From assembly GCA_001800135.1 (NCBI GenBank), contig MGUU01000010.1, positions 115,696-179,695 of the forward strand: DNA of 64,000 bases, written 5' to 3'. Positions 34,658 to 43,589 of the stretch are shown here, in pieces. The stretch's first letter is position 1. Each line of letters begins with the position of its first letter. The position numbers were made by a program, and so were the translations under genes. The notes under the pieces were generated by a model that saw nothing but the letters and a program-made list of their open reading frames with translations, ran no database searches and was not told the origin of the DNA. This stretch comes from Elusimicrobia bacterium RIFCSPLOWO2_02_FULL_39_32. Its GTDB lineage: Bacteria > Elusimicrobiota > Elusimicrobia > 2-02-FULL-39-32.

Positions 34658-35206
34658 TTACCCTTTAGAGGTATAAATAAGAAAAGTTAATTCACCGCTC
34701 ACCTCATTTTCTCCAGTTTTTGAGTTAACGGTGGATGACAATTTAGAAAATCTACTTGAGAATATCCTTTCTAGCTGACCGATTTCAGTTAGAAAAGTAG
34801 CCAGATTGTGATAGGAAGCGGAAAAGGGAATCGTATAAGTATGTTCTATATAATAATCTTTGCTTGTTTGATTTCCCGGAGCGAGTCTTGTCCATCTAAT
34901 GCTGTGAGAATCCATTTTTTTTGAAAGCAGACGTATTAAAGAAGGCACATCTTTATCTTTGGGTAATTTTTTTTCAACCTCTAAAATTTCCTGATTCAAA
35001 ACAGCAATTTCTTCCTGGAGTTTTGGCAATCTTGCCGTACGACCTACGGACTCCTGATATTCTTTTTTAATCTGCTCCAGCTCGCCTTTTAAAATTTTTT
35101 TCCTTTCAGAGAGTGGGTTAAAAAGATATTTATAAAAACCGAAGTTTATGCCTATGATTAGAATCGGTATAAGGATGATTAAAAATTGCAGTTGTTTTTT
35201 ATCCAT
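34658..35206 (-). CDS. pilO: Type IV pilus assembly protein PilO
   Basis: 182 aa with a single N-terminal TM helix, a coiled coil and a ferredoxin-like C-domain. The assignment rests partly on its position between pilN and pilP. Confidence 0.65.
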   Translation of the reverse strand: MDKKQLQFLIILIPILIIGINFGFYKYLFNPLSERKKILKGELEQIKKEYQESVGRTARLPKLQEEIAVLNQEILEVEKKLPKDKDVPSLIRLLSKKMDSHSIRWTRLAPGNQTSKDYYIEHTYTIPFSASYHNLATFLTEIGQLERIFSSRFSKLSSTVNSKTGENEVSGELTFLIYTSKG

Positions 35207-35207
35207 T

Positions 35208-35783
35208 TTAATTTTGAGCCGCCGGCGGACAATAAGTAAAATTTAAAGTAAATTTAAAGTAGGATGTCCCGGGCAAAGAAGTTTCATTCACCTCTATCGC
35301 GCTGAGAGATATATTTGAAAATAGTTTTGTGTTTGATTCCATCCTTTGCAGCCAATCCGCAATAGAATCTGTAGTAAGAGAATTTGAAACCAAGATAATG
35401 CCCAAGTTTTTTTGTCCGTCTTCACTTAAAGAGAGCGCATCCAGCCAGATGTCTACGGGAAGAGTTTGATACAATGTTTCCATAAATTTTGGGTAGAGGA
35501 GACGGGCTTTTACTAATTCAACCACAGTATTTTTTTTAGCATTGAGAATATTTTTTTGAGAGTCTAATTGTTCAACTTGAGCTACTTTTGCTTTGATCCC
35601 TGCCAGCTGGGATGACCATCTTTCTTTTTTCTTAAGCTCTTTCTTATAGTCATTCAGTTGAATAAAATAAATAGAAGTACCGGCAATGATCAGGATCCCT
35701 ATAATTGCATATCCTAAGATTACCCAATCTAATCCCTTATCCTTTTCTTGCAGCTCTTTGGGAAGAAGGTTAATTTTTATCAT
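35208..35783 (-). CDS. pilN: Type IV pilus assembly protein PilN
   Basis: 191 aa with the conserved N-terminal MIKINLLP motif that binds PilM, then a single TM helix and a coiled coil. Confidence 0.7.
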   Translation of the reverse strand: MIKINLLPKELQEKDKGLDWVILGYAIIGILIIAGTSIYFIQLNDYKKELKKKERWSSQLAGIKAKVAQVEQLDSQKNILNAKKNTVVELVKARLLYPKFMETLYQTLPVDIWLDALSLSEDGQKNLGIILVSNSLTTDSIADWLQRMESNTKLFSNISLSAIEVNETSLPGTSYFKFTLNFTYCPPAAQN

Positions 35784-35796
35784 AAATTGTTTTGCT

Positions 35797-36942
35797 TTAT
35801 AATTTAATATCTCCTGATTTTCTTAAGGCAAGTCCCAAGGCGATGCTAAGCGTGGTTTGAGCATCCTCAGGGACTGCTTGAGCGCCTGAAATCATTTTTA
35901 AGGGGTTTAGTTTTTCGACCGGCAGATTCAGTTCAGCGCTCAAATAATTTGCTAAATTTTTAATGTTGCTCGTGCCTCCTGCTATTAAAAGACGATTGAT
36001 TTTTTTATCTTTCGCCTGTGTGGCATAATATTGAATGATTTTTTTTGTTTCTGAAATAAAGTCTTTCATGGTCATAAGAATCGCATCTGAGACTGTTTGG
36101 CCTTCCTTGCCCGCAGCTTCTTTTTCTTCTGTATTCAGCATAAGTCCATGGGCAAGTTTTAGTTTTTCCGCAACTTTCGAATCCACCAGTAAATTTTTCA
36201 TGATTAGTTTTTCTATTGAGTTTCCAGAAATGGGACTATCTTTCACAACCACAGAAACTCCTTTTTCAATGATCACAAAATTTGTTTTTTGATGGCCGAT
36301 ATTAGAGACTAGCACGATTTCTTCAATTGGAGTTTTATCTTGGGTGAGCGTGTAAATCGCTTCTAAAGCAAAAGCATCTATGTCAACCACAGATGCTTTA
36401 AAGCCTGAACTTTCTAAGATTTCTATTTTTTGATTGATGAAATCTTTCTTTGCCGCCACTAAGACTGTTTCTGTAAGTTCTTTGCCATCTTCCTGGATAT
36501 TTCTTAAAGGAAAATAAGTAAGATAAACCTCTTCGATATTAAAGGGAATATAAGATTCAGCTTCTTTTTTTATATTTTTTATGAATTCTTTGGGGACGAT
36601 TTTTGGGAATTTAACATATCTGACAATGATAGAAGTTCCGGCTACAGCAGTGCATGCGTTTTTAGGAATTTTTTTCCCGCTGCCCCTGTAACTTTTTAAA
36701 CTTTGAATTGCAAAGGCCTTTTTTTCTTCCGGGTTTAGTTCGACTTTTTCACCTTCTCCCGGCTGGGAAAGGGGTAGGATAGCCCATCGAACCAATTCTA
36801 AATTTCCTTCTTTTGCTTTTTTTAACTGAGCGATTTTAATGGAAGATGAACCCAGATCAATTCCAATCGTCTCATTGGAATGTAAGTAGGGTATCTTAAG
36901 AGGTGGGAGCTTATCTATTAGTTCTGTTAGATCTAATGCCAT
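35797..36942 (-). CDS. pilM: Type IV pilus assembly ATPase-fold protein PilM
   Basis: 381 aa with an actin/FtsA-like fold (IGIDLGSSSIKIA..., IDIDAFAL, LIAGGTSNIKNL). Confidence 0.85.
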   Translation of the reverse strand: MALDLTELIDKLPPLKIPYLHSNETIGIDLGSSSIKIAQLKKAKEGNLELVRWAILPLSQPGEGEKVELNPEEKKAFAIQSLKSYRGSGKKIPKNACTAVAGTSIIVRYVKFPKIVPKEFIKNIKKEAESYIPFNIEEVYLTYFPLRNIQEDGKELTETVLVAAKKDFINQKIEILESSGFKASVVDIDAFALEAIYTLTQDKTPIEEIVLVSNIGHQKTNFVIIEKGVSVVVKDSPISGNSIEKLIMKNLLVDSKVAEKLKLAHGLMLNTEEKEAAGKEGQTVSDAILMTMKDFISETKKIIQYYATQAKDKKINRLLIAGGTSNIKNLANYLSAELNLPVEKLNPLKMISGAQAVPEDAQTTLSIALGLALRKSGDIKL

Positions 36943-37025
36943 TTATAAATTAAAGAACTACTCCGTTCTGTAAAAATAAAGAAAAGAGTTTTGTGATTTG
37001 AATATAGCAGAAGATTATTCCTTTG

Positions 37026-38546
37026 TCAATCCCTAATATTCTCGATTTTGAGAGAGAAAAACTGTTCCGCTTCAATTTTAAATTGTAAGACATTTGGCGC
37101 CAGATGAAAGATGATTTTATACTCTTCAATGGCTGCTTGGTAATAAAGTTTATTTTTCGTTTTTTGCCATTCCTGAAAAAAGAAGGCAGCAGCCTTTCTA
37201 TGGTACCAAACATTTCTTGGTTCTAGGTCTATGGCTATCAAGATATCTCGGGCAAGCCCTGTTTCAGACCGATACAAAGCGTTAAAAGGGTCAATTTTTA
37301 ACGCGAATGTAGCTGCTTTTTTTCTTTCTTCCAAATTAGGATAGGCTTTTCTAAAGATAAAATCAGCGACTCCTGGGAGAGAAAATAATATGCCTAGAAT
37401 GGACATGCCGCTTATGCAAAATAGTTTAGTACTTCTATTGTTGATTTGCACTTCTCGAGTTTTAAATATTTTTGAAATTGAAAAAATCATGATTAGTAAA
37501 AGCGGCGGATAATGTAAATTAAAATCAAAAAGAGATTGAACCCCTAATCCGATTGAGATCGCCAACCATTCTTCCTGATTTTGAAAAAGCTCTCGCGTCC
37601 CTTTAAAGGGCAACTTCAAGTTTTTTAGGATTAGAAGTAAGAGGATGAGTCCAATCATCCCTAACTCGCATAAAAAGTTTAAAAGTTCGTTATGGGCATA
37701 AGGAGCGTTTCTAAAACCCTGGATTTGCTTAAATTGTGGGTAATGATCTCGGAAAGTGCCTAGCCCAGATCCTTTTAAAGGGCAAGAGATAAGATAGTTT
37801 AAACTATCTTTCCAGATTTGAACTCTTTCTTGACTATAAGGATCAGTCATTTTTCTTTTCCAGAGAGTGCCAAATGAATTTTGTGAGATAGAGAGCAAAA
37901 GTATGAGACAAAGTCCTATTCCTAAAATATAAATTTTTTTTCGGTATAAAACGAGGAAAAGCGCAATGGTTCCGAACCCCCAAACTAGGAGCGGACCCAG
38001 AGATCCTATGAGTAAAATAGTAATGGGAATTAATATTGAGAAGATTAGGCAGAGCCATTGTTTCCAGCCTTTAGTTTTAAAAATCTGACTTGTGAGTAAA
38101 ACTGCTCCAGAAGCCAGGAAAGAAGAAAATAAATTAGGGTGAGACATGAGGAAAAAATTAGATAAGGAATAGATTGAATTTAAAAAATAAAATAATGCGG
38201 CTAAAATGCTTATAAAGATGATCGCTCGTTTTAAGGAATTTTCCCATTTCAGGTTTTCATTGATAAATAAAATGAGCATGAACAATGAAAGGAATATTTT
38301 GTAAAGAGCAGTAAGAGTGGCGTGAAAATTTTGGGTCCAAAAAAAAGAACAAGCTGACCAAAGAATAAAGAGAAGGATGGGTAAAAGTTGTTTTCTTTCT
38401 GGCAACAAAATTTTATTCTTAAAGATTAAAAGAATAAGCAGAAGGATGGCGCTAATTTCAAAAATCGTCCAGCTGAAATAGTCCACAGTGTCCTTCATCC
38501 AAAAAATAGAGCTGCAAAAGATGATGGAACTAATTAAATAAAGCAT
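37026..38546 (-). CDS. O-antigen ligase-like (Wzy_C) membrane protein with C-terminal helical-repeat domain
   Basis: 506-aa polytopic protein with the motif GSGLGTFRD...YAHNELLNFLCELGMIGL. The C-terminal roughly 110 aa is a soluble, TPR-like region. Confidence 0.6.
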   Translation of the reverse strand: MLYLISSIIFCSSIFWMKDTVDYFSWTIFEISAILLLILLIFKNKILLPERKQLLPILLFILWSACSFFWTQNFHATLTALYKIFLSLFMLILFINENLKWENSLKRAIIFISILAALFYFLNSIYSLSNFFLMSHPNLFSSFLASGAVLLTSQIFKTKGWKQWLCLIFSILIPITILLIGSLGPLLVWGFGTIALFLVLYRKKIYILGIGLCLILLLSISQNSFGTLWKRKMTDPYSQERVQIWKDSLNYLISCPLKGSGLGTFRDHYPQFKQIQGFRNAPYAHNELLNFLCELGMIGLILLLLILKNLKLPFKGTRELFQNQEEWLAISIGLGVQSLFDFNLHYPPLLLIMIFSISKIFKTREVQINNRSTKLFCISGMSILGILFSLPGVADFIFRKAYPNLEERKKAATFALKIDPFNALYRSETGLARDILIAIDLEPRNVWYHRKAAAFFFQEWQKTKNKLYYQAAIEEYKIIFHLAPNVLQFKIEAEQFFSLKIENIRD

Positions 38547-38550
38547 ATTT

Positions 38551-40392
38551 TTAGTTTTTTATATCAATGATTTTATTTTTTATTATTTCTATGTTAAATT
38601 CAAGCAGTCTTTTTGAATAGGGGCTAGAGGGCTTTAAGTCAGAGCTCGCTATTTGTAACGCATTTTTAAAAAATTTTAATGCAGAGTTTTTGTCCCCTTT
38701 TAAAAGATAACAATCCCCCAATCGAACATGAGCTAAAATATAGAATGGCTCAATTTGTATTGATTTTTGATAAAGGCTAAGGGCAGGTTCTATCCTCTTC
38801 ATTAAAAGATAGGTTTCTGCCAGTTCTAAATAATAAAAGCAATTTTTAGGATTGAGTTTTATCGCTTTTTCATAAGATTGAATAGCTTCTAGAACATTTC
38901 CATTTACTATATATTTTCGCGCTAGTTCTACATACAGGTCATCATCTTTGGAATTAAAAAGTATCGCTTGTTTTAATAATTTTACTGAGTTGTTTTCAGC
39001 GATTGAGTCCCTTGCTTTTAGAATTTCTGAATTAAATGGATTTAAGAGGGATGCATATTTATAAACAGCTATTGTTTTTTTTCTTTCTCCTGATTTTTTA
39101 TAAAAATTTCCAAGATTAAATAAGGTTTGGGAAATAAGAATGGTAAGCCCTATTGCACTCCATGGAAGAAGCAGCGCTTTTAAATAGAATTTTTTTTTAA
39201 TAGAGTAAAAATTTTTTTGAATACCATCTTCTTTTGAAGATAAAAAAATAGTTGTAAAAAATATTAAAAGCAAGGCGAGGATCGGTAAGTGCAAATTAAA
39301 ATCAAATAGGCTTTGGGTTAGAAGACAAAAAGATGAAATAAAAGCAGCATCTATTTTCCAATTTAGACATTCTTCTTTCTTAACCGCAATAAATCCTGAT
39401 CGTAAAATAGAGAAAATCAGCCAGATATAGGATATTAATCCAATCACCCCCATTTCTACAGCAATTTGAATAAATTCATTGTGGGCAAATCTTGTGGTTT
39501 TTTCATACCGGGCTAACTCATATTCGATTGGACGTTTTGTTAGACCATATACCTGGCCAAAACTTCCCAATCCCCACCCCCAAAAAGGTTTAGAATAAAA
39601 TGCATCTAGAGAACCTTGCCAAATGGTTATTCTTGAATATTCCTTTGGGTTGATAAATTTGGAAACCAGCGCCTCTGTTTTATTTTGAGTGATCAGAAGC
39701 ATGGTAAAGAAGATTAAGCAGGTTAAAAAAATAGGAAAAATAAATTTTTTGAAATGACCTACAAGTAGAACTGTAAGAGAGAGAAAAAGACTTAGAAAAG
39801 CTCCTCGCGATATAAATTCAAGCTGCGCATGAAGCATGAGTAAAAGAGAAAATATCAAACCAGCTGCTTTTAGATAGGTCTTGGTGTTTTTATCTTTGAG
39901 GGAGAAAACTATTTTGCAAACAACTGAAAGAATTCCGATATTTAAAAAATAGGAAAATAGGTTTTCATTAGGTAGAAAAAAATAAGATGGAATTTTTAAT
40001 AAGTTTTGAATAATGATTAAAATGCTGGAGAAGGAACAAATCCAAATAATTAAATCAAAGAATTTTTCTTGGAAATTGTCATTATTCATTTTTAATAGGA
40101 GCTGGAAATTTAGAAGATGTATGCAAAGAGTCGTAAAATAAACCAATCCGCGAGATTGAGAGAACATGGAATAGAGTGTTGAAAAAGCGCATACGCATAC
40201 GAATGTAAATAAAGGAAGGTCAAGGGCGGTTTTCTTAAGTTTAAATTTTGGATTGAAACGCAAAAAAAGAAAAATCGAGCTTATATGATAAATGGCTAAA
40301 CCAGTTACTTCCCTCCCCCCTTTGAATAAATAGAGGAGGATAAAAGAAATAAAGAAATAGTTTTGAGGATGATTAGATGATAAAAAGGGCAC
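38551..40392 (-). CDS. O-antigen ligase-like (Wzy_C) membrane protein with C-terminal TPR repeats
   Basis: 613-aa polytopic protein with the motif GWGLGSFGQ...FAHNEFIQIAVEMGVIGL. The C-terminus has clear TPR repeats (AIQSYEKAIKLNPKN..., ALSLYQKSIQIEP..., ALKFFKNALQI). It overlaps the pilD stop by 20 nt. Confidence 0.65.
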   Translation of the reverse strand: MPFLSSNHPQNYFFISFILLYLFKGGREVTGLAIYHISSIFLFLRFNPKFKLKKTALDLPLFTFVCVCAFSTLYSMFSQSRGLVYFTTLCIHLLNFQLLLKMNNDNFQEKFFDLIIWICSFSSILIIIQNLLKIPSYFFLPNENLFSYFLNIGILSVVCKIVFSLKDKNTKTYLKAAGLIFSLLLMLHAQLEFISRGAFLSLFLSLTVLLVGHFKKFIFPIFLTCLIFFTMLLITQNKTEALVSKFINPKEYSRITIWQGSLDAFYSKPFWGWGLGSFGQVYGLTKRPIEYELARYEKTTRFAHNEFIQIAVEMGVIGLISYIWLIFSILRSGFIAVKKEECLNWKIDAAFISSFCLLTQSLFDFNLHLPILALLLIFFTTIFLSSKEDGIQKNFYSIKKKFYLKALLLPWSAIGLTILISQTLFNLGNFYKKSGERKKTIAVYKYASLLNPFNSEILKARDSIAENNSVKLLKQAILFNSKDDDLYVELARKYIVNGNVLEAIQSYEKAIKLNPKNCFYYLELAETYLLMKRIEPALSLYQKSIQIEPFYILAHVRLGDCYLLKGDKNSALKFFKNALQIASSDLKPSSPYSKRLLEFNIEIIKNKIIDIKN

Positions 40393-41134
40393 TAAAGGAA
40401 CCTAAGGATAAAAAAGGTCCAAAAGGAATAGTGGAATTAGATTCTAGTTTTTTTAAAATTAGAAAAGGCAGTATAAAAAAAGTTCCTGAGGCACAGGCTA
40501 AGATCAAGGCAAGATTTGTTCCTTGCCAACCCAGCCAACATCCAACCGCACCCATCAGTTTTATATCCCCTAAACCTAAAGCTTCTTTTTTAAATATTTT
40601 TTCTCCTGACCAGCGTACAAGAGTCATGAGCATTAACCCATAAAAGCCTCCCAATAAATTTTGCCAGATCTGCGTTATTCCTCCCTGTTGAGATAAGGAG
40701 AATAAAAGTCCTCCAGCAGCTAAAATAATGATTAAATCATTGGGAATGATCCCATATTCTTTATTGTTTTGAAAATAAGTTATAAGATCAATTCCACTGA
40801 TCAAAAAAAGGATAAATGAATAGATAAGATAAAGAATAACTATTTGATTAGGCTCGGTTTGAAATTTTAAACTGACAAGTAGAAATAAAATTCCACAACT
40901 TAATTCTATCAATGGATAAACAACAGAAATTTTTTGTTTGCAGAACCGGCAAAGACCTTTAAGCAATATAAAGGATAAAAGAGGAATATTATCGCACCAC
41001 GGAATAGGATGACCACAGGTAGGACAGAATGATTTTGGACTCCAAAGGGATAACTGTTTTGGAGTTCTATAAAAATAGACATTGGCAAAGGAACCAAAGA
41101 TTAGACCGTAGCAGAAAATAGTAAAGAAGTTCAT
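40373..41134 (-). CDS. pilD: Prepilin peptidase / N-methyltransferase (A24 family)
   Basis: 253 aa with an N-terminal Cys cluster (CPTCGHPI...CRFCKQKI). The two catalytic Asp contexts are present (SGIDL... and GLGDIKLMGAVG). Confidence 0.9.
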   Translation of the reverse strand: MNFFTIFCYGLIFGSFANVYFYRTPKQLSLWSPKSFCPTCGHPIPWCDNIPLLSFILLKGLCRFCKQKISVVYPLIELSCGILFLLVSLKFQTEPNQIVILYLIYSFILFLISGIDLITYFQNNKEYGIIPNDLIIILAAGGLLFSLSQQGGITQIWQNLLGGFYGLMLMTLVRWSGEKIFKKEALGLGDIKLMGAVGCWLGWQGTNLALILACASGTFFILPFLILKKLESNSTIPFGPFLSLGSFSALFII

Positions 41135-41145
41135 TATTGAAAATC

Positions 41146-41182
41146 AAAAGAGGAGAAGACAAATTTGTCTTCTCCTCTTTTT
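41146..41182 (-). terminator. Intrinsic (bidirectional-looking) terminator downstream of pilA
   Basis: 13-bp GC-containing stem: agaggagaagaca (41149..41161) and tgtcttctcctct (41166..41178), with a 4-nt loop. It is flanked by A-runs and T-runs on both sides. On the minus strand it is followed by TTTTGATTTT. Confidence 0.6.
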
Positions 41183-41227
41183 AAACACTATGTATTGGTT
41201 ATAACAATAACTGTAAGATTTAATACC

Positions 41228-41701
41228 TTACCAGCTTGTCATATATGCGTTTTTAGTATCAGTATGGGAGCAATTTACAAACCATGCGCCGCCATCTGCA
41301 CTAGAATAAACCCAACCACCTGCATCATTTTGACCCGAAGCACGGTTAGAAGGACCTACCATTCTTATAGCGCCAGAGTCATTATGATAAGTTCCCAATT
41401 TTACTGTTGGGATTACTTCCATATACTTTGGTGTCATAATAGTAACTAAAGAACCGGAGGTATAGTCACCTGATGCACTATAGGTTTGTGGTACTAAACC
41501 TTCATTGTCTGAGATATAAATGGTCAACGCGGATCTTAAGTTTGTGAGAGAACCTTTTGTAGCCCCTTCCTTAGATTTACGCAACATATCCGCAAATTTT
41601 GGAATCGCTACAGCTGCTAATATACCAATAATGGCAACGACAATCATAAGTTCAATCAGCGTGAAACCGTGTTGAGCTTTAGATTCTGTCGACTTTATCA
41701 T
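41228..41701 (-). CDS. pilA: Type IVa major pilin
   Basis: 157 aa. The leader is [12 protein letters not shown], cleaved before [24 protein letters not shown] (class III signal with Glu5). A GGGGTG SD lies 5 nt upstream of the ATG. Confidence 0.9.
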   Translation of the reverse strand: MIKSTESKAQHGFTLIELMIVVAIIGILAAVAIPKFADMLRKSKEGATKGSLTNLRSALTIYISDNEGLVPQTYSASGDYTSGSLVTIMTPKYMEVIPTVKLGTYHNDSGAIRMVGPSNRASGQNDAGGWVYSSADGGAWFVNCSHTDTKNAYMTSW

Positions 41702-41760
41702 ATAATCACCCCTTTATTTTCAAGGACCAGCATATTATTCCCAAAAAAGGGAATAAATAT

Positions 41761-41789
41761 AAAATAACATCTATTTGCTATTTTGTCAA
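41761..41789 (-). promoter_or_regulatory. Candidate sigma70 promoter for pilA (TTGACA-17 nt-TATTTT)
   Basis: On the minus strand, the -35 TTGACA is at 41789..41784 and the -10 TATTTT at 41766..41761, about 60 nt upstream of the pilA ATG. Pattern match only. Confidence 0.35.
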
Positions 41790-41827
41790 TAGATAAGAAT
41801 AAGTTTTTTGTAAACGTTTACTTATGA

Positions 41828-43039
41828 TTAACCTACTGCGCCAGACATGTTGAACATGGGCAAAAACATGGCAACTACAATCGTACCAATCACTGCGCCC
41901 ATAAATACAATGACAAGCGGTTCTATCATGCTGGTAAGTCCTTCCACAGCCGCATTCACTTCGTTTTCATAGAAATCAGCTATTTTAGCAAGCATGGTAT
42001 CTAAATTTCCGGTTTCTTCTCCAATAGAAATCATGGAAACAACCATGGTGGGAAAAACTTTGCTTGCAGCTAAAGGTTTCGCGATTCTTTCTCCTTCTCT
42101 GATTGAGGTTTTAGCAGTAAGAATAGCTTCCTCAACAATGATGTTTCCTGCAGTTTGAGCCACAGTGTCTAGGGCTTGCAGGATAGGCACTCCAGCCTTA
42201 ATGAGAGTGGAAAAGGTTCTGGTGAATTTTGCTACTGAGACTTTTTTTAATATCATTCCAAAGATTGGTACTTTAAGTAAGATTTGATCATATTTTTTTG
42301 CAAAATTTCTTTTTTTTAATAGGGTTTTAAAGACAAAAATCATTATAAAAGGAATAGGCACATACATATACCAATAGTGAATGAGAAATCTGGAAATCCC
42401 CAGTAGTAGTTTTGTAGGAAGAGGTAGTTCCTGTCCAAAGGAAGAAAACATCTCTTCAAATTTAGGAATAATAAAAACTAAAAGAAACCAGGTAATCCCA
42501 ATGGCAATGCTTAAAACAACAATCGGGTACATCATGGCAGATTTAACTTTTGCTTTAAGCTCTTCTGCATCCTCTAAGTATCCTGAGAGGCGATCAAGAA
42601 TAATATCTAAGATACCCCCAAGCTCGCCAGCTCGAATCATAGAGATATAAAGGTTGTCAAAAGCTTCAGGGTATTTTTTCATGGAGTCAGCAATCCCCAT
42701 CCCTGCTTCAATATCCAAACGCAGGCTTGTGACTACTTTTTTAAAAGGTGGATTCTCAATTTGATCTTCTAGAATATTGAGACCTTGAACTAAAGGAACT
42801 CCTGCTCCTACAAGGGTGGAGAGTTGTCGGGAAAAAAGCACCAGATCTTTGGAGGTAATTTTTGGAGCAAAAAAAGATTTTATTTTATCTAGCGGGCTTT
42901 CAGTTTTTTCAGTCAGTTCTGTAATGGTTAATTTTTGCGATCTTAAAAGAGCCCGGGCAGTGTTTAGGTCTGGGGCAATAATGAAACCATCTGCCGTGCC
43001 TCCAGCTAAAGATTTACCTTTATAAATGAATTTTGGCAT
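41828..43039 (-). CDS. pilC: Type IV pilus platform protein PilC (GspF family)
   Basis: 403 aa with two GspF repeats (...FSRQLSTLVGAGVPLVQGL... and ...FTRTFSTLIKAGVPILQAL...) and 3 TM helices. Confidence 0.9.
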   Translation of the reverse strand: MPKFIYKGKSLAGGTADGFIIAPDLNTARALLRSQKLTITELTEKTESPLDKIKSFFAPKITSKDLVLFSRQLSTLVGAGVPLVQGLNILEDQIENPPFKKVVTSLRLDIEAGMGIADSMKKYPEAFDNLYISMIRAGELGGILDIILDRLSGYLEDAEELKAKVKSAMMYPIVVLSIAIGITWFLLVFIIPKFEEMFSSFGQELPLPTKLLLGISRFLIHYWYMYVPIPFIMIFVFKTLLKKRNFAKKYDQILLKVPIFGMILKKVSVAKFTRTFSTLIKAGVPILQALDTVAQTAGNIIVEEAILTAKTSIREGERIAKPLAASKVFPTMVVSMISIGEETGNLDTMLAKIADFYENEVNAAVEGLTSMIEPLVIVFMGAVIGTIVVAMFLPMFNMSGAVG

Positions 43040-43559
43040 GGGATGATTTAAATTTTTTTATTAAAGCGAGCTCAATGAATTTTGGCACAAAATTCTTTGC
43101 GTCTCCTCCCAGTCGGACCACTTCTTTAACTAACGTGGAAGAAAGATAGGTATATTTTTCATCCGGCATTAAATAAACAGTTTCAACATGGTTTTGGTTT
43201 TTGGAGTGCTTTGCCAGGTGACGGTTCATCAGAGCCATTTGAAATTCATACTCAAAATCAGAAACAGCCCTTAAGCCCCGGATGAGCGCATTCGCTTTTT
43301 TCTGAAGAGCATAGTCAACCAAGAGGCCGCTAAAACTTTCTGCTTCCACATTTTTTAAGTTTAAAGTAGCGGTTTTAATCATTTTCACTCTTTCAGCTAT
43401 GGAGAAGAGCGGTTTTTTTAGTTCAGTGGCAGCCACAGCAACGATAATTTTATCAAAAATTTTTAAAGCTCTGGCTAAAATATCCAGATGGCCATTAGTG
43501 AGCGGGTCAAAACTGCCGGGGTAAATCGCTATTTTTTCATTCATAGGCAAAAGATACAA
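43020..43559 (-). CDS. coaD: Phosphopantetheine adenylyltransferase
   Basis: IAIYPGSFDPLTNGHLDI (the HxGH-type motif) and ...RGLRAVSDFEYE.... The probable true start is MNEKIAIY (nt 43541). The 3' end overlaps the pilC start. Confidence 0.9.
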   Translation of the reverse strand: MYLLPMNEKIAIYPGSFDPLTNGHLDILARALKIFDKIIVAVAATELKKPLFSIAERVKMIKTATLNLKNVEAESFSGLLVDYALQKKANALIRGLRAVSDFEYEFQMALMNRHLAKHSKNQNHVETVYLMPDEKYTYLSSTLVKEVVRLGGDAKNFVPKFIELALIKKFKSSHAKIHL

Positions 43560-43589
43560 ACTTTTATTTATTTGGTCAAGAAAAATTTT

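Noticed and set aside
36950-37213. 87-aa minus-strand ORF between the 506-aa Wzy_C gene and pilM.
   Set aside because: It overlaps the 3' 188 nt of the Wzy_C-like gene in another frame. It has basic, low-complexity sequence, no SD and no motif. It is probably spurious.
41702-41827. Sigma54 (GG-N10-GC) promoter upstream of pilA, as found in several proteobacteria.
   Set aside because: A TGG...TTGA string is present, but the spacing is wrong and no TTGC element is present. A sigma70-like TTGACA-17-TATTTT fits better.
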